Source of the DNA: Alphaproteobacteria bacterium
GTDB taxonomy: Bacteria; Pseudomonadota; Alphaproteobacteria; Sphingomonadales; Sphingomonadaceae
NCBI GenBank assembly: GCA_031426015.1
Contig: JANPKK010000055.1
Coordinates: 17,912-81,911 of the forward strand
Reading direction: 5' to 3'
Length of the DNA stretch: 64,000 nucleotides
A program made the position numbers and the translations under genes. Every line of letters begins with the position of its first letter. Within the stretch, counting starts at the first letter, position 1. The notes under the pieces were generated by a model. That model worked only from the letters and a program-made list of their open reading frames with translations, did no database searches and was not told the DNA's origin. This document shows, piece after piece, positions 56,201 to 62,216 of the stretch.

Positions 56201-58149
56201 GCGAGCAAAGTGCCGCTCGAGGGCAGCGTGACGTGGAAAATATCGTTGCCGGTGCCGCCAGAAATCGAGTCGACGGATGCGGTGCCACCCGAGATGAAGG
56301 CGATAAGGTCGGCGCCGGCGCCGGCGTTGATGGTGCCGCTGCCGCCGATGGTGTCGTTGCCGTCGCCGCCGAGCACCAGGTTGGACCCTTGCGAATCGAA
56401 AACGAGGTCGTTGCCGGCGCCGCCGTCGAGCGTATCGTCGCCCGCCTCGCCGGTGCTGCCGCCACCCGGACCGGTGACGTTCAGGAAGTCGTTGCCGGCG
56501 CCGCCGGCCAGGCTGTCGTTGCCGTCGCCGCCGATCAGCGTGTCGCTGCCGTCGCCGCCCGCCAACGTGTCGTAGCCGCCAAAGCCGCTGACGTTGTCGT
56601 TGCCGCTGCCGCCATCGAGGTTGTTGGCGCCATCATGGCCGCGCAGCGTGTCGTTGCCGATTTCCGCGCTGATGTTGATCACATCGAGCGCCGTCGCCGC
56701 GGGATAGAGCGCCGCCGCATCGAGGTTATCGGCACCGATGCTGCCGAGCACCTGCGCCGCATTCCCGGTGATCGGCGGCACCAGCGTCGTCAGCCGGGTG
56801 TAGATCGCCGTGCCGGGCGGGTTCGCCGCGGCGCCATAATCGATATAGAATTCGAGCTGGTCGATCGAAACCAGCGTGTCGAAGCCATTGAAGGCGCCAC
56901 TGCCCAGCCCCTGCACCGTCGCCGAATCGGGCCCGGTGATGACGAAGCGGAAGACGCTTTCCACCAGCGCGCCATCGACGCGCTCGACCAGCCAGGCACC
57001 GGCATCGGCGCCGCTGCCGGCGACGATGCGCAGCGTGCCGGCGGTGCCGACGGGCAGGCCGAAGCGCACCACGTCATTGCCCTCCAGGCCTTCGACGAAA
57101 TCGTCACCGGCCTGGCCTTCGAGGCGGTCGTTGCCGGCGCTGGCAAAAATCAGGTCATTGCCGGCCCCGCCGAAGATCGTGTCGTCACCGCCCGTGAGAT
57201 CGATCAGCGTTTCACCGGTCAGCACGTCGTTGCCATCGCCGCCGTCGATCCAGTCGGCACCGGCGTTGCCTTCGATGCGATCATCGCCGCTGCCGCCCGA
57301 CAGGCTGTCGTTACCGCTGAAACCATAGATGAAATCATTGCCGGCCGACCCGGTCAGCGTGTCGGCATTGACCGTGCCGGTGTGCGAGCCGAACAGGCCG
57401 ATCGATGCGGCAATGCTGGCAGTATTTTGGTTCTCGATAACGACATAGTCGCGGAAATCGCCGGCGATACCCGAGGCGCTGCGGTTGAGTTGCAGGACCG
57501 CGTCAGCGCCGACCTGCACCAGCCGCAGATAGCCGGCGGTGAACAGATTTGTGCCCGCACTGTAATTCTGCAAACCGTCGACCAGCGATGTCGTCCAGAT
57601 GATGTCGCTCTCGCCGGGGTTGAAATCGGTGATGCGGTCGGCAGCCCACTGGCCATCGATGATCGGCGCGAGGTGAAAGACATCCCGGCCGCTGCCGCCG
57701 GCGATCGTGTCGACCGACGCCGACAGCGCCGAGATGAAGGCGATGAAATCGCTGCCGGCCCCGGCATCGATCGTGCCGACCCCGGCGATCGTGTCGTTGC
57801 CGTCGCCGCCCATCAGGACGTTGACGCCGCGGAAATCATAGATGAAATCGTTGCCCGCCCCGCCATCGATCGTGTCGTCGCCATAAGCACCATCGCCAAG
57901 GGTGTTCGGGATGGTTTCATCCATGACGTCATTGCCGTTGCCGCCGGAAATGCTGTCATTGCCGTTGCCGCCGATCAGCGTGTCATTGTCGTCGCCTCCG
58001 CTGATGCTGTCGTCGCCCTCGCCGCCGTCGATCCGGTCATTGCCCTGCACGCCCGACAGGGTGTCGTTGCCGCCGGCGCCGTTGATCGTGTCGCCGAAGA
58101 TGCTGCCTTCAATGAGATCATTGCTGTTGGTGCCGTTATAGGTAGCCAT
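41242..58149 (-). CDS. Giant RTX-repeat (haemolysin-type Ca-binding) protein, 5635 aa, probable type I secretion substrate/adhesin
   Basis: Hundreds of GGxGxDxux nonapeptides (GGAGNDTLxG). C-terminus ADRILDFTSGSDIIDLAGIDADATLAGDQAFTFIGSAAF...GQLRI is serralysin/RTX C-terminal-like. ATG 58149 lies 6 nt after GGGGGAAG. Confidence 0.92.
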   Translation of the reverse strand: MATYNGTNSNDLIEGSIFGDTINGAGGNDTLSGVQGNDRIDGGEGDDSISGGDDNDTLIGGNGNDSISGGNGNDVMDETIPNTLGDGAYGDDTIDGGAGNDFIYDFRGVNVLMGGDGNDTIAGVGTIDAGAGSDFIAFISALSASVDTIAGGSGRDVFHLAPIIDGQWAADRITDFNPGESDIIWTTSLVDGLQNYSAGTNLFTAGYLRLVQVGADAVLQLNRSASGIAGDFRDYVVIENQNTASIAASIGLFGSHTGTVNADTLTGSAGNDFIYGFSGNDSLSGGSGDDRIEGNAGADWIDGGDGNDVLTGETLIDLTGGDDTIFGGAGNDLIFASAGNDRLEGQAGDDFVEGLEGNDVVRFGLPVGTAGTLRIVAGSGADAGAWLVERVDGALVESVFRFVITGPDSATVQGLGSGAFNGFDTLVSIDQLEFYIDYGAAANPPGTAIYTRLTTLVPPITGNAAQVLGSIGADNLDAAALYPAATALDVINISAEIGNDTLRGHDGANNLDGGSGNDNVSGFGGYDTLAGGDGSDTLIGGDGNDSLAGGAGNDFLNVTGPGGGSTGEAGDDTLDGGAGNDLVFDSQGSNLVLGGDGNDTIGGSGTINAGAGADLIAFISGGTASVDSISGGTGNDIFHVTLPSSGTLLADRILDFNPAETDFLWMSGIIDSLQGYVAGSNLFTSGFLRLVQNGADATLQINVAATGIAGDFRDLVHVANRTVASVQPFVTLLASHSGAVGADTLGGGAGNDFIRGFGGNDNLSGNDGNDNIEGNAGADFINGGNGNDTLIGESGLDINFGNDSIFAGDGNDVLRGDRGDDYLQGQGGDDAVDGGLGYDAASFGLPTGTPGTLRIVAGSGADAGAWLVERVDGATVETVFRYVITGTGTATVQGFGTGAFNGTDTVVGIEQLDFFINYFPAANPPGTYITTRIASFVPEIVNGYANVQGAAGDDNIDLLTSYPAATGADTIDVYGYTGNDTIRGHDGRNFIDAGDGNDSIEGRGGDDYLRGGAGDDVINGGTGRDDIAAFNLVAGTPGSYRVVTGGNAETLIIERVDGATVEQVFRITRLVDGRFTVEGLGSAAFLGTDTLSNIDDLHFLPDGNFDAARFVSVRTGVRVNDVSNNALGIDGTNFADVINVAALYPAPFPGVNLFVFGGGGNDTILGSNNGEHIEGDGGDDSISGMAGDDTIYGEAGNDVIDGGAGHDRSNYTLPKGTPGTLRLVDTAPGVVIVERVDGATVEQVFRITRTGIGQGIVEGVNSAAAIGTDTLTGIEQLDIFIETFPDPGYAGHSVGVRLAPFAPAIVNNFAHVAGSIGGDFIDIGALYPAAGSAEINSTGEQGDDTIIGHDGRNYVEGGSGNDSIDGRGGNDDLNGNDGNDTLIGGGGNGFMKGGAGNDSLDGRDGNDDLNGNAGNDSISGGSGDDYIRGEAGNDSIDAGVGGNDTVAFNLPADTLGSYRLVVGIGAEDGLLFVERVDGAVVERVFQISFAADKTATVTGLGTAAFLGTDVVTNAERLHFLPEGPFNAARFLEVRAAVIAGAIANNAAFVNGSATHDLIDLQALYPTATAATALNGNGGAGDDTMIGHAGTNNLTGAAGADVLTGGDGNDNLMGGNNGNSTGHLGDKADHISGQGGNDVLRGGDGNDTLLGGDGDDNLRADLGDDSIDGGAGKDLVNYRFDDLTTGVSFDASSFGSAASFTLNDGRGGTDSLTDVEYVGVIGSQGHDSFQGSLHTTSNTPGIFANLLSGGAGNDTLVGGGSSDRLNGENDNDLVDGRGGDDVLTGDAGDDVIIGGSGNDSIDGGTGNDTVRFSGSRADYTIAFNGASATVTDLRSGTPDGADTISNAERLVFDGDGTIVTIAGAIIGTTGNDTLVGTAAGELLLADAGNDLVTGNGGADTLQGGEGNDTLYGGSSQDPLGHPGDGGDLILGEGGNDILRGGDGNDTLRGGDGNDNLRADDGDDVIDGGAGIDSVSYVIENVPGGVTFDASNFGLTSTFTLNDGRGGIDTLIDVELLSVNGSQGNDSLIGSAFDDILVGRGGSDTIQGGAGSDIIVFTFDDLASGVTFDASGFGATATFTISDGRGGIDTISEAEQLRVLGSQGNDLLLGSIHAVAGLGLFANNLFGRGGNDIVIGGDSVDFVAGDDGNDSLEGRGGNDQLFGNAGDDSIAGGRGNDFIDGGSGSDTVVLSGRRADYSFGLNGTQLIVSDRRGGTPDGTDTITGSEFLAFAGDATTLSVAAPILGTPGNDGILATTGDDLVFADAGNDTVTGSGGADIIYGGEGNDQLFGGSSSQPTGHPGDGADVIYGEGGGDILRGGDGNDSLYGGDGDDNMRGDQGDDHFDGGDGRDLVTMRFDDLATGVDFDASGFNSAASFSMSDGRGGTDSFVAVENLNIVGSQGNDVIRVSLHNSGNLVIGPANQVSAAVGNDTIIGGGSFDILLGQDGNDEIFGEAGDDILNGDAGNDVIIGGAGADTIQGGDNDDTLLGGTSSEPGGHAGDAADLVSGNAGNDVLRGGDGNDTLNGGDGDDNLRGDDGDDSIDGGAGRDFVSLRFDDLATGVSFDATQFGNAAAFSHTDGRGGTDSYANVESLGIFGSQGNDLLLGSRFTTDAAGDPANLIGGEGGDDTIVGGDNADLISGDGGNDSVSGLGGNDTLYGDFGDLVLIGDDTLVGGGGDDVLYGDLGSDTAVFSGARGDYELTRNPDGSLRVTDLRAGSPDGVDTLDGIEFLAFNGGATMLPVAGAIIGTAAADTIIGTAGADLVLAEGGNDSVTGNGGADTIYGGDGNDQLTGGRSTASTNHPGDAGDLIFGDGGNDTLRGGDGNDTLDGGDGNDNLRGDLGDDHFDGGAGRDFVSYLFIDLTTGIVFDASNFGITASFTLSDGRGGTDNLTNVEFLGISGTSGNDNLQGSLYTFGAGSLEFANVLSGFDGNDMLGGGEQADRLLGDAGNDVLIGRGGNDELTGADGNDTLDGGDGVDVAIFYGVAADYVVTAGTNGATIVTDLRTESIEFGFVDGIDRLVGVEILRFADGDVAVPPPPEGGIFYSDLVGIDDLIPGPLVGAGALGGDDTLLGNAGFDIIAGGAGDDSIGGGSGNDRLSGEADADTLTGDEGDDSLTGGSGDDSLSGGDDADTLAGGLGDDTLLGGTGNDVLTDSDGINSLDGGAGQDALTGTGILLGGDGNDTLSGAGAMAGGDDNDRLSGSGSLDGGSGNDTLTGSGTLIGGIGNDVLVLDGPGTADGGAGNDSYATGAAGAGPRHFSGGDGNDVASGAAGIAETLEGGAGSDTLSGGRGAAGDGDRLDGGSGNDTIDGGDGDDTIIGGADDDVALHSGSRGFASVVADGLGGYRVADNRGGQGPDGVDSVTGIETLRFTDVDLDVTLANSGQIFTGSAGADAIAGTGFDDSIGGGSGADSIIGGGGNDRINGDAGSDSIDAGSGNDVIRAGSDTDMVAGGDGADWIDGGSGDDSLAGGAGNDSIGDAGSDAAGDDSLDGGAGDDRLTDDSGNNLILGGSGNDVLQGNGRLGGGDGNDTLGGNGTLDGDAGDDVIGGSGLLRGGAGNDVVTLAGGIAQGDDGNDSLSGTLAAVVLDGGAGADVITGGSGDDTLLGGSENDSLRGGGGNDAIVGGSGFDRAFYSGGLADYDVTINADGSVTVTDLRVGSPSGVDRLTSIELLRFDNGEDATLPGNTIGYGADGGDFDDILVGDGGNDTLSGFGGNDRLSGDDGADLLDGGSGNDVAYGEGGADTITGGTGNDYLDAGGGADNIDGGDGDDTLVGGIGDDIVSGGLGNDIIGDTSGTNLVSGGDGDDRIDASGSVAGEAGNDVISGSGALSGDDGDDAISGNGTLAGGAGNDQLTGFGRLSGDAGNDVLLVGTDGTGDGGDGADTLSGWHPGGSDGAQTLIGGAGDDSIAGNNGNDLIDAGGDDDVVSGGNGSDTIDGGSGDDRAQFEMLRAHATIVQDGAGGYIVVANRPADGIGGLGSDALVNIETAGFNDQLLALSAATAGLIITGDGSVTGTALDDSISGGLGGDVLTGLEGNDRVLGQDGADTIDAGDGNDVLFGGNGDDALAGGAGEDQIFGGDGNDSADGGDGNDSIDGGAGSDSLAGGSGDDVVAGNGTLSGGSGNDELSGNGLLFGDDGNDVLTIAGGTASGGDGNDNLVGAGTLSGDDGNDSIGVFGGSIGFGGSGDDVLFGTDPGGIDGAQTLGGGDGDDVINGNWGDDSLDGGTGSDTISGGEGNDVITGGSGADEISGGGGNDTIDGGGSGAVRGDIVRYQGLRNDFTVIEVDGVVTVIDNRPGSPLGTDTLVRVRVLRFDDADYLAAANPGVTLLGTEAADSVSDISNGSSPGVTNVGNPAGVTFAGSGDDIISGLGGDDTLEGLAGEDDISGGDGNDSIEGGTEADEVRGDAGNDVIDGGDGDDLLVGGAGDDSLLGSNGEDVLAGDDVSIDADGNVTAAAGIGGADTLRGGEDNDILLGGGGNDALFGDTGDDRIDGGSGADTLDGGVGDDSLDGGDDADVISDSLGRNSLAGGGGNDSITGDGTLLGGSGDDRLTAGNASDSLDGGDGDDVLAAGSGDDSLAGGNGTDSALFAGPRRHFTVAADAAGLVIIDNRGSSGSKTASGIETLVFAGAAEAVSAGIVSTGDAAANVIAGTALDDYLIGNAGGDNLAGGAGNDRLDGGNDNDTLAGGDGFDALLGGAGADSLDGGADDDLLDGFDGADTLLGGSGNDAIDGGFGDDRAEGGNGDDVIAGGNNQDALYGEEGNDTLAGNLGDDSLYGGADADVLVDNDGSNLLDGGDGNDDLSGQGILLGGAGNDRVAGSFGSSVDGGSGDDTVSGGGANVTGGDGHDVITGSQSGDTIRGGDDAGNDSIDGSGGNDVLLAGAGDDRITGGNGNDSIDGGDGADIAVYSGNRDQYTIARVSAGVFRVVDNRGGLGPDGDDTVSGIELLRFADQDFVPSDANTGLVITGTTLADNRSGSAGDDVIIGLAGNDTLAGLGGNDSLDGGSGNDVLTGSDGNDTLRGGEGIDAMTGGLGNDVYYVTETGDRITEAAGGGTDTVITTLAVTSLRTSSLTQVENLVFTGVAAATLTGNTLANAISGGAGNDIIDGFTGNDTMAGGGGDDLYLVDAVGDMIVEDADAGIDSVRAKVSHVLASGVENLELVTSAAVNGTGNGLANRIIGGSGSNQLSGNGGDDTLVGAGGSDTLSGGDGNDVFEIGAAAGTDRFDGGAGFDRIIATADNAVVSVTALTSIEAIDADGRAGLALIGGSGADMLDFSGIMLTGVASIDAGFGNDTVTGSAGADSIILGGGNDLLFGGDGDDRFIARSGAGVDGIDGGAGFDRIIADADNVTLTVTALTSIEAIDADGHAGLALIGSSSAETLDFSGIALTGVASIDAGFGNDTLIGSAGADTILLSAGNDLLGGGDGDDVFLAGASNGSDRIDGGTGHDVIRATADNAVIGLTSLSNVEAIEGAGFAGVRLLGTTAADTIDLAAVAVSGIASIDGAGGNDSITGSAGADRIIGGAGADVLAGAAGSDSFVYTLVTDSGVGTSKADRILDFTSGSDIIDLAGIDADATLAGDQAFTFIGSAAFTGLGQLRIGVDAEGNVALFGNTTGSLSPDFQVSFDTITPILPADILL

Positions 58150-58388
58150 GATCGTCTTCCCCCTCACCGACGACGCGTGCGTCGAAGGCGCAAACCAGAT
58201 GCGGTAATCGTTCCCCGGCCGTGTCGCCGCGCCACGCGCTGGCGCGATCGGTCCCGGGCACAGACCAAAAACCTTACGAGATTTTAATCATTTGACCGGC
58301 GCATCCAATCCGCCAGATGGGGGAGCCAGTTGGGGAGGCGCGTCAGTCGCGCGGCCGGTCCGGGTCGGTCATCGCGGCCGCGTCGCCG

Positions 58389-59279
58389 TCAGCGGTCGAT
58401 AGCGGCGCCTGAAACATCGTAGCGAACAGCGCCGTCCAGCGCTTCGTCCCGGTCCAGCCAGCGCAGGCCGGTGAACGCCGCGGGCTCGCGGCGATTGACG
58501 GCATCGGTCATGTGGCTGACCGGTTCGACGCAAAAATGATCGGCGCGGTCAGGCACATAGACCACGGTGAACATCAGCGTGCCGGACGGCGTCATCACCA
58601 GTGTCAGGTCCCTGTCGGGCCAGTCGATCGTCATGCTGCCGCTGCGCCCGGTGTAGACGGTATCGACCGGTCGTGTCGCAATGGGCTTGCCATGCCACCA
58701 GTCGAGCGGCTGCGGACAGGTCGTGAGGCTGATGGGCAACCCGTCCTCGCCGGTCAGCCATTCGCCGCTGTGCAATGACCGGAACATCGTGCGGGCATTG
58801 CGCGGCAACCACGGGTGTAGCCCGATGCCTGCCGGCATGCGGCGTTGATCGCGGTTGGTGAGCCTGATCCTGTGGGTCAGGCCGTGCGGATCGAGCCTTA
58901 GCCATTGTTCGCCGCGCCAGGCCCAGGGCCAGTCACCCGCGGCGACGTCGATCCGCAGGTGGCAGGATGTCGGCGTTGCAGCGACGACCGTCCAGGGCAA
59001 TTGCCAGGCCAGCCCGTGCAGGGCGTGCGGGTGATCGCTGTCGCCGGGGTGGTTGCGGGGCAGCCTGACGGTGCGACCATCAGCGTGAAAGCGCCCGTTG
59101 GCAATGCGATTCGAGAAGGGCAGCAACGGAAAGCACGCCAGACCGAGCGGCGAAGCGTCTTCCAGGCGGGCCGCGAACAGCGGCTCGGACCCGGCGGTGA
59201 AGCCGGTGATACCGCCGCCACGCGCTGGCGCGACGGTTGCCGCCAGCCGACCGCTGCGCAAGACGATGGTTTCAACCAT
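58389..59279 (-). CDS. Aldose 1-epimerase family protein
   Basis: 296 aa. The pattern LLPFSNRI...GR, HG..W and GIGLHPW is typical of the mutarotase-like superfamily. Confidence 0.75.
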   Translation of the reverse strand: MVETIVLRSGRLAATVAPARGGGITGFTAGSEPLFAARLEDASPLGLACFPLLPFSNRIANGRFHADGRTVRLPRNHPGDSDHPHALHGLAWQLPWTVVAATPTSCHLRIDVAAGDWPWAWRGEQWLRLDPHGLTHRIRLTNRDQRRMPAGIGLHPWLPRNARTMFRSLHSGEWLTGEDGLPISLTTCPQPLDWWHGKPIATRPVDTVYTGRSGSMTIDWPDRDLTLVMTPSGTLMFTVVYVPDRADHFCVEPVSHMTDAVNRREPAAFTGLRWLDRDEALDGAVRYDVSGAAIDR

Positions 59280-59546
59280 GCGCTGCCGGCGCCTTCAGCC
59301 TGACATCAGGATGTTGTTCCATATTGGTCACGTTACACCGTTTTGCCTGGTGAAGGTTCGATCGATGCCGAACCCGATCAGGGCAAAGCTGCTGGTGCCC
59401 TGCGCTGCCCGTTCGCTCGGGGCAAGGACGCATGGTACCGTGTTGCCGAAACTGTGCCGGCGCAACAGTCCCGGTGTGTTCGTACAGGGTGCCGATTGTC
59501 CAAACCCCCGGGCAATCGGCACCGACTATTGAAAGGCACTGCCCCG

Positions 59547-60242
59547 ATGAGCCGCCGCCATGGCGAAAGCCACCTTGTTTCGCGCATCGGCTGGCTGCGT
59601 GCCGCCGTTCTTGGCGCCAATGACGGCATTGTGTCGACCGCCAGCCTCATCATCGGCGTCGCCGCTGCGGCAGCGAAGCCCGGTGATATCATGCTGACCG
59701 GGGTCGCGGGGCTGGTCGCCGGGGCAATGTCGATGGCCGCCGGCGAATATGTCTCGGTCAGTTCGCAAGCCGATACCGAAGCGGCCGATCTGGCACGCGA
59801 AACCGGCGAACTTGCGGCGGACCCCGACGCGGAGCGCGCCGAACTTGCCGCCATCTACGTTGGCCGCGGGCTCGATGCAGCGCTGGCCGACACGGTCGCC
59901 GGGCAATTGATGGCGAGCAATGCCCTTGGCGCCCATGCCCGTGACGAACTGGGGCTGGTGCCGGGTGGCCATGCCCGGCCGATCCAGGCGGCGTTGACCT
60001 CCGCTGCAACCTTCACGGTGGGCGCGGCGCTGCCGCTGCTGATGGTGCTGGTTGCACCGCGCGGTCTGCTTGTCCCCATCGTCGCTGCCGCGTCGCTGCT
60101 GTTCCTGGCGTTGCTGGGTGCCGTCGGGGCGCAGGCGGGTGGCGCCGGCCTTGCCAAGGCAACGCTGCGCGTCACTTTCTGGGGGGCTTTCGCGATGGCG
60201 GCGACCGCGGGCGTCGGGGCGTTGTTCGGGGCGAGAGTCTGA
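59547..60242 (+). CDS. VIT1/CCC1-family iron/manganese transporter
   Basis: ATG 59547 (MSRRHGESHLVSRIGWLRAAVLGANDGIVSTASL), then AGEYVSVSSQ and C-terminal TM helices. The track's N-terminal extension looks non-coding. Confidence 0.85.
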   Translation: MSRRHGESHLVSRIGWLRAAVLGANDGIVSTASLIIGVAAAAAKPGDIMLTGVAGLVAGAMSMAAGEYVSVSSQADTEAADLARETGELAADPDAERAELAAIYVGRGLDAALADTVAGQLMASNALGAHARDELGLVPGGHARPIQAALTSAATFTVGAALPLLMVLVAPRGLLVPIVAAASLLFLALLGAVGAQAGGAGLAKATLRVTFWGAFAMAATAGVGALFGARV

Positions 60243-60291
60243 TCAGGCCGCCTTCGAGTCAGCAACCTTGCAAGGCGCTGAATCGCTGTTT

Positions 60292-62097
60292 TCAGATCAG
60301 GTCGTGATTGGCAATCGGGGTATCACGCGGCACGGCGGCAAGTGCCGTCGGCGCACCGGTCGGCACCGCGATGCCAGCCGCTGCCTGCAGGACGCCTTCG
60401 AGAAGCTTGCGGTCCTCGGGCTTGCGCATCAACCGTGCCAGCGCCAAACCGCCGCCCGCCAGCAACGCCCGCGCCCGGGCCTGGACTTCCTGTTGCTTGC
60501 CCAGGAGTTGCGCCGCGACACAGATGCCCAGCGCCGTGGGGGGGAAACTCGGCGCCGCATGCGCCGCTTCGCTGAAGAATTCATAGGCATCGCCGATGTC
60601 GCCGCGCTGCAAGGCGGCAAATCCGATACCCGCCAGCGTTTCGCCGCGCGCGCCGGTCGCGGGGTTGACGCGCAGCGCCAGTTCGAACCGTTCGACGGCG
60701 CGGCCATGGTCACCGCGCACAACATCGACCCAGCCCCCCCAGAACAACGTCGGCTGATGCGCCGGCAACAGCCGCAAAGCGCTGGTGACGATCCGGTCGG
60801 CGGTTTCCATGTCGCCATCGATGTTCATCAGCGTGCCGACGCAATAACCCAGCGCTTCGACATTGTCGGCGCCGTAGCGCATCGCGGCCTGGTAATAGGT
60901 AATGGCGCGCCGCAACATCGCGGTGCGATCGGGGGTGTACTGCATCAGGTACGAAATGCTGCTGCAATAGGCGGCGAGCGAGGTCGCCCAGGGGCAGGTC
61001 GGATCGTCATCGACAAGCTGCATCGTCAGCGTCAGCGCTTCGGCGATCGCATCGCGTTCCCAGCTGCGGAACAGGGCACTGGCGCGCCAGAAGCGTTCGT
61101 AATCGCCCGATACCGGCCCGATCAACCGCAGGCTGCGCTTGCGTTCGGCGGTATCGACCTTGGTCCAGATCTGCGGCGCGATCCGCGCGGCGATATCCTG
61201 CTGGAAGCTGAAGCTGCCATCGGTTTCGCCGACGAAGGATTCCGACCAGAATTGTTCGCCGCTTTCACCATCGACCAGCGCCGCCAGCACGCGCAGCCGG
61301 CCCTGCTCGCTGATGATACTGCCATCGACGAGATAGCGGACACCCAGCCGCGCCGCGACTTCGGTGCGCGGCAATTGCTGTTCGACGAGCAGCCGGGCGG
61401 CACCGCTGGCGACGATGAACAATTGCGGATAGGCGCTCAGGCACACGCTGAGTTCATCAGCGAGCCCCGTGCCCAGCCAGGGCTGCGGCGTCGATCCGAG
61501 CACGGTGAGCGGCAGCACTGCCAGCGATGGCTTGGGCGGCAGCACCGGCCGATTGCCCGAGGCCAGGCTGGCGCGTGCCGTCGGCGGGCTGCCACCGAAC
61601 ACTTGGGCCGGCGTGGGGGCGGCGATGCCGCCCGGCGCCGGCACCATGTCGATCATCGCGCCGATGCGTTCGCGTTCCTCGCGCAGCCAGTCTTCGAATT
61701 CCTCGCTGTCGGACAGGTCGATGCCTTCGAGGAAATCGCCGGTAAACCGGGATCGCGCATCGGGATTGCCGACCGCGATCGTGAAGATGTCGACATCGAT
61801 TCGATCGATGGCAAAGGCCACGCGCTTGGTTTCGCAGACCAGCAGGTCACTGGCGCCATGGTCGGCGAGCACCTTGCGCAGGTTCGACAGCTCACGGCGC
61901 AGGCTGTCCTGTGCCTGTTTGGGCGGCCGCGATCCCCACAACATGCTTTCCAGCTTGCGCCGCGCGCGGACACCGCCCGCCGAGACGACGGTCATCGCAA
62001 TCAACGCCATGGCTTTCTGGCTGGTGATGGGAATACGCTGTCCATCCGGCGCGAACAGCCCGAAAGGTCCAATCAGATCGAGCCGATATCTGTCCAT
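60292..62097 (-). CDS. Winged-helix (OmpR/CadC-type) DNA-binding protein with TolB-N-like and TPR regions
   Basis: N-terminus MDRYRLDLIGPFGLFAPDGQRIPITSQKAMALIA...RRELSNLRKVL is a trans_reg_C-like domain. The central LAVLPL...LGVRYLVDGSI segment and C-terminal TPR-like helices follow. Confidence 0.8.
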   Translation of the reverse strand: MDRYRLDLIGPFGLFAPDGQRIPITSQKAMALIAMTVVSAGGVRARRKLESMLWGSRPPKQAQDSLRRELSNLRKVLADHGASDLLVCETKRVAFAIDRIDVDIFTIAVGNPDARSRFTGDFLEGIDLSDSEEFEDWLREERERIGAMIDMVPAPGGIAAPTPAQVFGGSPPTARASLASGNRPVLPPKPSLAVLPLTVLGSTPQPWLGTGLADELSVCLSAYPQLFIVASGAARLLVEQQLPRTEVAARLGVRYLVDGSIISEQGRLRVLAALVDGESGEQFWSESFVGETDGSFSFQQDIAARIAPQIWTKVDTAERKRSLRLIGPVSGDYERFWRASALFRSWERDAIAEALTLTMQLVDDDPTCPWATSLAAYCSSISYLMQYTPDRTAMLRRAITYYQAAMRYGADNVEALGYCVGTLMNIDGDMETADRIVTSALRLLPAHQPTLFWGGWVDVVRGDHGRAVERFELALRVNPATGARGETLAGIGFAALQRGDIGDAYEFFSEAAHAAPSFPPTALGICVAAQLLGKQQEVQARARALLAGGGLALARLMRKPEDRKLLEGVLQAAAGIAVPTGAPTALAAVPRDTPIANHDLI

Positions 62098-62216
62098 CAG
62101 TGCCCCCGGAATGGTTTTTAAACAACAAATCGTGAAATGCGACACATTTTTTTCACGGCTTTAGGACGCAGTTTCAGCATAACGGGACATCGTTACTGTG
62201 ACCCGGGAGGGCGATA

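Noticed and set aside
41242-58149. Whether the highly periodic repeats could be a CRISPR array or a satellite
   Set aside because: The periodicity is a degenerate 27-nt coding repeat within one open frame. There are no identical direct repeats separated by unique spacers, and no cas genes are present in the window.
42709-58287. Very long plus-strand ORFs (852, 2239 and 1674 aa, plus many shorter ones) antisense to the RTX gene
   Set aside because: They are low-complexity Ala/Val/Ile/Gly/Asp strings. They are simply the reverse complements of GGC/GAC/AAC/ACC-rich RTX codons, which generate no stop codons. They have no start context and no motifs. The minus-strand reading gives textbook GGxGxD repeats and a secretion-type C-terminus.
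59280-59546. A Mn (yybP-ykoY) riboswitch or other riboswitch upstream of the VIT transporter
   Set aside because: I could not find the conserved core of that riboswitch by eye. Only a simple hairpin is evident, so it is reported as a hairpin rather than a riboswitch.
59343-59546. The N-terminal 68-aa extension of the VIT ORF in the track
   Set aside because: The extension is Arg/Cys/Pro-rich and unlike VIT proteins. The conserved VIT N-terminus begins at the ATG at 59547.
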